Positions 59,450-64,000 of a stretch of DNA of 64,000 nucleotides are shown here, in pieces. The position numbers and the translations under genes were made by a program. The notes beneath the pieces were generated by a model. That model was not told the origin of the DNA. It worked only from the letters and a program-made list of their open reading frames with translations, and did no database searches. The stretch lies in the IMG/VR virus record IMGVR_UViG_3300011813_000035, positions 62,001 through 126,000 of that record. One strand, given 5' to 3'. Numbering within the stretch: position 1 is the first letter of the stretch; every line of letters begins with the position of its first letter. Origin of the DNA: an uncultured virus (IMG/VR IMGVR_UViG_3300011813_000035) (taxonomy: Duplodnaviria > Heunggongvirae > Uroviricota > Caudoviricetes).

Positions 59450-60400
59450 TTATTTTTCTTTAGAAAACTTATATAAATTCTGATATTGACCAGGATTGAC
59501 TTGACGAATGGCAGTTAGTAATCCTTGAAGACGCTTCTTAGATTTTTCTGGATTTAATTTTAGCTCAGTTAATTCATGTATTACCTTAAGGCGCATTGAG
59601 TTTCGAGGTATGGGATTTCCATTCCTGTCAAGAACAACTCCAGTAATAAGTTTTGGATAATTCTTGGTATACGTTTTAACTTTTGACTTGGAAATCATAT
59701 AATGATATTTTGTTACTATTTTATTAACCATAGTTTTAAATCGATAATTAATTTTATTAGCACAAGAAAATGTTACATCGTCGGCATATATTGTCATAAC
59801 TATATTATTTTTAGAAGATAGATTATATAATTCATCAAACATTGGTCTATTTACTAAGTATGATAAAATTGGGCTGGCTGGAGAACCCGTTGCTAAATGG
59901 TTTGAATTTTTTAATTTCTTTTGCATATAAAAACTTTCAACTTTATCAACATTTTTTAAGGGACACAAAGTTAAATCAACTGTTGTTAAGTTGGTAAGAA
60001 TATTTGCAATATCAGGGGAGGTTTTGAGTTCATTAATAAAAAATAAATAGACATATTCTCGAGGTATACATGGGAAGAAAGCTGTTAAATCAATTTTATA
60101 TACATACTTATTCCCTTTATGGATTAATGCGTTATCATAATATGATTTACCTTTAACACCTGAAAAAACATAGTTTGGAACTTTTATTTGACTTAATTGA
60201 GATTTGAGCGATCTTTGAATTTGTTTGACACTGTAAGATGGCGCTTCAACCAATCTTGGTTTAGCTTTCGTATCAATGTAGATATTGTATTCCATTGCAA
60301 TATCTTTTTGATTAAAACTATTCTTATTTGTAATCTTTAATAAGTACCTTAAAGATTTTTTTGACTTTAAGTTATATATTTTACAGTTTGTATAATTCAT
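59450..60400 (-). CDS. Retron-type reverse transcriptase
   Basis: D...FF, TGSP.SP, YADD; retron region X NAxxH (NALIH) and region Y VTG-like (ITG); 316 aa, no maturase or endonuclease domain. Confidence 0.9.
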   Translation of the reverse strand: MNYTNCKIYNLKSKKSLRYLLKITNKNSFNQKDIAMEYNIYIDTKAKPRLVEAPSYSVKQIQRSLKSQLSQIKVPNYVFSGVKGKSYYDNALIHKGNKYVYKIDLTAFFPCIPREYVYLFFINELKTSPDIANILTNLTTVDLTLCPLKNVDKVESFYMQKKLKNSNHLATGSPASPILSYLVNRPMFDELYNLSSKNNIVMTIYADDVTFSCANKINYRFKTMVNKIVTKYHYMISKSKVKTYTKNYPKLITGVVLDRNGNPIPRNSMRLKVIHELTELKLNPEKSKKRLQGLLTAIRQVNPGQYQNLYKFSKEK

Positions 60401-60430
60401 ACAAACACTCCTTGCTTTTTAGTGCTAGTA

Positions 60431-60655
60431 TCAATCCTTAACAATCTCATATAATAACTGGATGAAACGAGATAGGGTTTTAGGATCAACGTGTGGTGCA
60501 ATCAGTGATACGATAAGTAAAGCAACAATGAAGAGTAGTAGTGCTACTATTAACTGACCCAAATTAATATTGTAATTATTATTAATGGTACAATTGGTCA
60601 AGTTGGTCTGATTGTTGCTAAAAATTTGTGGATTTTTATCATCCGGTTTTTTCAT
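60431..60655 (-). CDS. 74-aa membrane protein; candidate retron effector/toxin
   Basis: AAGGAGGTGA RBS, Asn-rich N-terminus, ~20-aa TM helix, amphipathic tail. Confidence 0.75.
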   Translation of the reverse strand: MKKPDDKNPQIFSNNQTNLTNCTINNNYNINLGQLIVALLLFIVALLIVSLIAPHVDPKTLSRFIQLLYEIVKD

Positions 60656-60659
60656 AATT

Positions 60660-61004
60660 CACCTCCTTGTTATTATTGGCTCCATATGGAGTCTCCCAAT
60701 CCATTAATAACAAAGAGATACATAACCTTGCATCACTATACTAGCACAAAACTTACTCCCTATTTTTTTCTATAGGAGATTAAAATTTCAAAACCAACCG
60801 ATTACCTTTTCATTGATGACATAGTCCTACGAACAAACACTTCGCACCGCACCTTTTCCGATACCCGGGGGAGGTACAATCATCTCGTCTCCACTATTGT
60901 CGTCGAAAGGGATTGGGGTTTTAAAAATACTCAGAAGGCTCTGAGTAGCATTCATGTTGGTAGCATGAACCATATTGGGAGAAATCTGGTTATTATTCAC
61001 TGAC
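60660..61004 (-). ncRNA. Retron msr-msd-like ncRNA
   Basis: 9-bp inverted repeat 60974-60982/60692-60700, two short 5' hairpins (60950-60970, 60928-60947), long stem 60790-60825/60893-60922. Confidence 0.7.
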
Positions 61005-61010
61005 ATGGGC

Positions 61011-61039
61011 ATTATATCATATTTTGGAAAAAACATCAA
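61011..61039 (-). promoter_or_regulatory. Sigma-A promoter of the retron cassette
   Basis: TTGATG-N17-TATAAT with extended -10 TG. Confidence 0.8.
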
Positions 61040-61066
61040 TTAAAATTGGGATTTTAAAGGAGGGTT

Positions 61067-61600
61067 ATGACAGATAAAGAAAGAATATTAATGACAATAA
61101 TTACTAGAATAATTCCAGGCTTGATGTATTGTGGTAATTCATATGAAAAGAGAGAAGAATATGTTAAATCATATATGCTTGATACGGCTGGACTCGAAAG
61201 TGGAGATCTAGTATTTGCGAATACATCAATCTATCCGAATGATTTTATAGTAGGGTTTATTCACGAAATTAAGCCTGATTGTATCGTCATAAGAGAAATC
61301 GGGAGCGATAGATTGTGTAATTACTATAATGAAATGTTTACAAAAATCAACAAAGACAAACTTGGATATGAGATATTGGAAGGAGTTCAATATAAAACAT
61401 ATCATAAGGTATTAAAAGCTTTTAGCGATTATGCAAGTTATGCAACAAAGTTTAAATATATTTCATTTGACGAAAACACGTGCACTGTCCAGTCAAGAAT
61501 AATGTTTTCAGATGAAATCAAGTATGAAATAAAATTTAAATATGATAGTAAAACCACTATTAAGAGTATTGGAAAACTAATTAAAGAAAAGGAGGTTTAA
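61067..61600 (+). CDS. Hypothetical protein
   Basis: AAGGAGG RBS after the palindrome at 61041. Confidence 0.7.
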   Translation: MTDKERILMTIITRIIPGLMYCGNSYEKREEYVKSYMLDTAGLESGDLVFANTSIYPNDFIVGFIHEIKPDCIVIREIGSDRLCNYYNEMFTKINKDKLGYEILEGVQYKTYHKVLKAFSDYASYATKFKYISFDENTCTVQSRIMFSDEIKYEIKFKYDSKTTIKSIGKLIKEKEV

Positions 61601-62227
61601 ATGGGGTATAAGGATATTTTGGGCAGAGAACTCCACGACGGAGATATTTGTGTCGGAAAAGGAACGGGTAGAGATGTATGTGGAATGGACGTTGGTATAT
61701 GGTCTGGCAAATCTATTGCATTTAAGGGCGGAAATAAACGTTCAATGGGAGATGTATTTCTTGTAGTAAATCCAACAGAAGAAGAACTGACAATTAAAAG
61801 TGATATTGAAAAATCTTTAATTGAAAGCGAGAACAAAAGACTAGAAAGAGATTCTGTAAAAACAATACCACTAAGTAAACTTGAAGTTGGTGGAATATAT
61901 GAATGTAACAATAATTACTTGTACCTGTATTTAGGAAAACGCAAAGTCACATTTAAAAATCTACAGTATAAAAATTCTGATCCTAAAGTTCAGGAGGGAC
62001 ATTGCTTTGTTTTTGCTTGCGGATCTGATGACGAAAAAATAAAGAAAGATATCGTTGAAATTGGAACGTATCATGGAAATCATAGAATAGAAGTATTGAA
62101 GGGAAATAAGAAACTCACAAAACTAATTCGCAAGATTGATTTAGAGTTCCCCATGGTTAATGAGGTGCATAGCGAAGGATACCTCAGATATAGTCCAAAT
62201 TATCATTATGAATTAACAGTAGAATAG
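61601..62227 (+). CDS. Hypothetical protein
   Basis: AAGGAGGT RBS. Confidence 0.7.
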   Translation: MGYKDILGRELHDGDICVGKGTGRDVCGMDVGIWSGKSIAFKGGNKRSMGDVFLVVNPTEEELTIKSDIEKSLIESENKRLERDSVKTIPLSKLEVGGIYECNNNYLYLYLGKRKVTFKNLQYKNSDPKVQEGHCFVFACGSDDEKIKKDIVEIGTYHGNHRIEVLKGNKKLTKLIRKIDLEFPMVNEVHSEGYLRYSPNYHYELTVE

Positions 62228-62261
62228 CTTTAAAATTTAACATTCATTCGCGAAGTGGGAG

Positions 62262-62522
62262 GTGACTGTTATTAATTATGAATTATATAGAAGACTAATT
62301 ATGATTGCAATAGACGGGGAAAGGTATGAAATATATCTTTATTGTAACAAATCGGACTTTCATCTGTTTGATGAGATGTTACAGAATTGTAAGTTCTTGT
62401 ATGTAAGGGATTTTGAAATACACTACAAAGATCCAAATTATGTTTATAAAATAAATAACACTTCGGGTGTCGTGCAAATAAATATGAATTGCATAAGAGA
62501 ATATTATTATGAACTGATTTAA
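62262..62522 (+). CDS. Hypothetical protein (start uncertain)
   Basis: Bounded by palindromes at 62231 and 62520. Confidence 0.55.
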   Translation: MTVINYELYRRLIMIAIDGERYEIYLYCNKSDFHLFDEMLQNCKFLYVRDFEIHYKDPNYVYKINNTSGVVQINMNCIREYYYELI

Positions 62523-62552
62523 AAGTGTAGATTCATATGGAAAGGAGTAGCC

Positions 62553-62780
62553 GTGGTAATTGGAAAAATTGTAAATAAGCAGACTAATCAAGATGTATGT
62601 CAGAATTACTTAAATAAAGAATTAAGAGATTTTGAAGCAAATATTGGAGAAGATTTAAAAATCATCTACACAAATGGGTCATTCTTTACTCACGAAAAGG
62701 TGTTAGAGTGTGACCAAGATGATTATGGATTTTGGATTGAGACTACTAATAAATTATGGAGAATTGATAACCATACATAA
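62553..62780 (+). CDS. Hypothetical protein
   Basis: AAGGAG RBS; bounded by palindromes at 62520 and 62778. Confidence 0.6.
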   Translation: MVIGKIVNKQTNQDVCQNYLNKELRDFEANIGEDLKIIYTNGSFFTHEKVLECDQDDYGFWIETTNKLWRIDNHT

Positions 62781-62878
62781 ATGCATTGTTTCATAAATCT
62801 AAGATAAGCATTAATGGCTTGTCGTCTAACAAACAACAATCCCAACAATTTTACAATTAAATATAGGAGGCAAAGAAC

Positions 62879-63079
62879 ATTAAAGGAATTATTTACGCCG
62901 AAGATTTAGCTATGGAATTATTAAAACATCCCAAGGCTCTGGTTTGTGCTGGCAAAATGGGATCAGATACATATAGAAATGACAGGAAAATAGAGAATAT
63001 ATTTTTGAGAGACGGAGATACCCTCGTCTTAAGTATTGATGATTATTGTACCAATGGAGAATTAAAATATTTCAAATAG
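62879..63079 (+). CDS. Hypothetical protein, probable ATT start
   Basis: AGGAGG RBS, 66 open codons. Confidence 0.45.
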   Translation: MKGIIYAEDLAMELLKHPKALVCAGKMGSDTYRNDRKIENIFLRDGDTLVLSIDDYCTNGELKYFK

Positions 63080-63094
63080 AAAGGAAAGTAGTAA

Positions 63095-63679
63095 ATGCAA
63101 ATAAGCAACGTAAATGTTTATGGATTAGAAAATGCCATTAGGGTTAGCAAGTTTCCTATGGCAGTAAACGTTGAAGACTGTACATGTGAAACAATCAAAA
63201 CAACATCAAAATTAGGGTCGTGCAAATCAGGCAGTGGTCATGATAATTATATAAAAGGGATCATCGTACAGTTTGATATGAGATTCAGTAACAAGATGTC
63301 CGTGGAACTTGAAAGATACCACTTCATTGATTTCATATCTAGTCAGTCAACTATGCATCGTATTACAAAATTCATGCTTGAAGATCAATGTAATGAATTT
63401 GTAGATCAGAGAGTTATTGATATTGTCCAGGAAATGATTGATGTCTATAACGGATTAGAAGATAAGGGCACTGAATTTGCCAAGGATCTATATTTAAGAA
63501 TTTTATATAATATCCCTTCAGGATTTGAATTAACCGCTGGATTCACAACAAATTACCAGCAATTGAAAACAATCTATTGGCAGCGTAGAAATCATCGGCT
63601 CCCTGAGTGGCGAGCGTTCTGTAAATGGGTAGAAACTTTGCCAAAGTTTGGAGAATTAGTATTGGGAGGTGAAAAATAA
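63095..63679 (+). CDS. ThyX-like (FAD-dependent thymidylate synthase-related) phage protein
   Basis: 'ELERYHF....SSQSTMHR' and 'QRRNHRLPEW'; the canonical RHRx7S motif is degenerate. Confidence 0.6.
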   Translation: MQISNVNVYGLENAIRVSKFPMAVNVEDCTCETIKTTSKLGSCKSGSGHDNYIKGIIVQFDMRFSNKMSVELERYHFIDFISSQSTMHRITKFMLEDQCNEFVDQRVIDIVQEMIDVYNGLEDKGTEFAKDLYLRILYNIPSGFELTAGFTTNYQQLKTIYWQRRNHRLPEWRAFCKWVETLPKFGELVLGGEK

Positions 63680-64000
63680 TTGATCGTTATTTTAGGAGAG
63701 AGTGCTAGTGGTAAATCCACAGTGCAGGATATCTTATGTAAAAATTATGGATATGTAAGACTAATTACATACACAACAAGAAGCCCAAGAGAAGGCGAAG
63801 AAAACGGAGTAGATTATCATTTTATTTCAGAAGATACGTTTGAAGAAATGAGCAGAAAAGGAGAGTTCTGTGAAACGGCAGAATACAATGGTTGGCACTA
63901 TGCAACTGCGAAAGCTGATTGTACTGATAATAAAGTAGTCGTACTTACACCCCACGGACTAAGGCAGATGAAAAAATTTGATGAACTTACTCTTGATGCT
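63680..64000 (+). CDS. gmk: Guanylate kinase-like protein (runs off the window end)
   Basis: TTG start after GGAGGTGA; GESASGKS, YTTRSPREGE..GVDYHF. Confidence 0.85.
   Translation, partial: MIVILGESASGKSTVQDILCKNYGYVRLITYTTRSPREGEENGVDYHFISEDTFEEMSRKGEFCETAEYNGWHYATAKADCTDNKVVVLTPHGLRQMKKFDELTLDA

Larger units (their letters stand above)
1478..62793. repeat. Dispersed 16-bp interrupted palindrome T(A/G)AAA-N6-TTT(C/T)A at accessory-gene boundaries (>40 copies including degenerate ones)
   Basis: Clear copies start at 3384, 3901, 5654, 6836, 9669, 12090, 12561, 12852, 14847, 15122, 25799, 28503, 30670, 52549, 57133, 57458, 58207, 58574, 59385, 61041. Variants start at 1992, 2796, 4182, 6027, 6399, 6592, 9908, 10936, 22177, 26292, 27603, 45676, 46779, 49018, 52376, 54442, 55058, 55479, 55617, 57928, 62231, 62520, 62778. 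Confidence 0.8.

Noticed and set aside
59450..60400. RT as a group II intron, DGR or CRISPR-associated RT
   Set aside because: No maturase domain or intron domain V, no TR/VR pair with A-specific mismatches seen, no cas genes; the NAxxH and VTG-like motifs point to a retron
60827..61039. 70-aa minus-strand ORF upstream of the retron
   Set aside because: Its start is the -35 box of the promoter, it has no RBS, and it overlaps the structured ncRNA
1478..62793. Boundary repeats as a CRISPR array or as terminators
   Set aside because: They are separated by whole genes rather than spacers, and the 5-bp AT-rich arms are too weak for intrinsic terminators

Overview
The whole window reads as the early/middle arm of a large, AT-rich SPbeta-like temperate phage or prophage of a Firmicute (Clostridia-like; host not provable from sequence). 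Almost all genes are on the + strand. It holds: a truncated large structured RNA and an antirepressor-like gene; about 15 kb of small accessory genes with two twister ribozymes; a regulatory block (tyrosine recombinase, secreted nuclease, XRE, MazF-like, SOS-box promoter, tRNA-Gln, sigma-like/DUF262 fusion); a replication block (SSB, AAA ATPase, DnaB, primase, RecJ, DnaE, RecD2, LigA); an RNA-repair cluster; a permuted C5 methyltransferase with a probable -1 frameshift extension; more accessory genes; and ThyX-like and guanylate kinase genes. Two features stand out. (1) A 16-bp interrupted palindrome, T(A/G)AAA-N6-TTT(C/T)A, with a non-conserved 6-bp spacer lies at more than 40 accessory-gene boundaries, brackets all four inverted accessory morons, and was not seen at junctions inside the core replication operon. 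This suggests an integron-like gene-cassette system. (2) One such cassette is a retron-type RT whose ncRNA appears to lock the ribosome-binding site of a small membrane protein. All calls are by eye and motif recall; no searches or folding programs were run.
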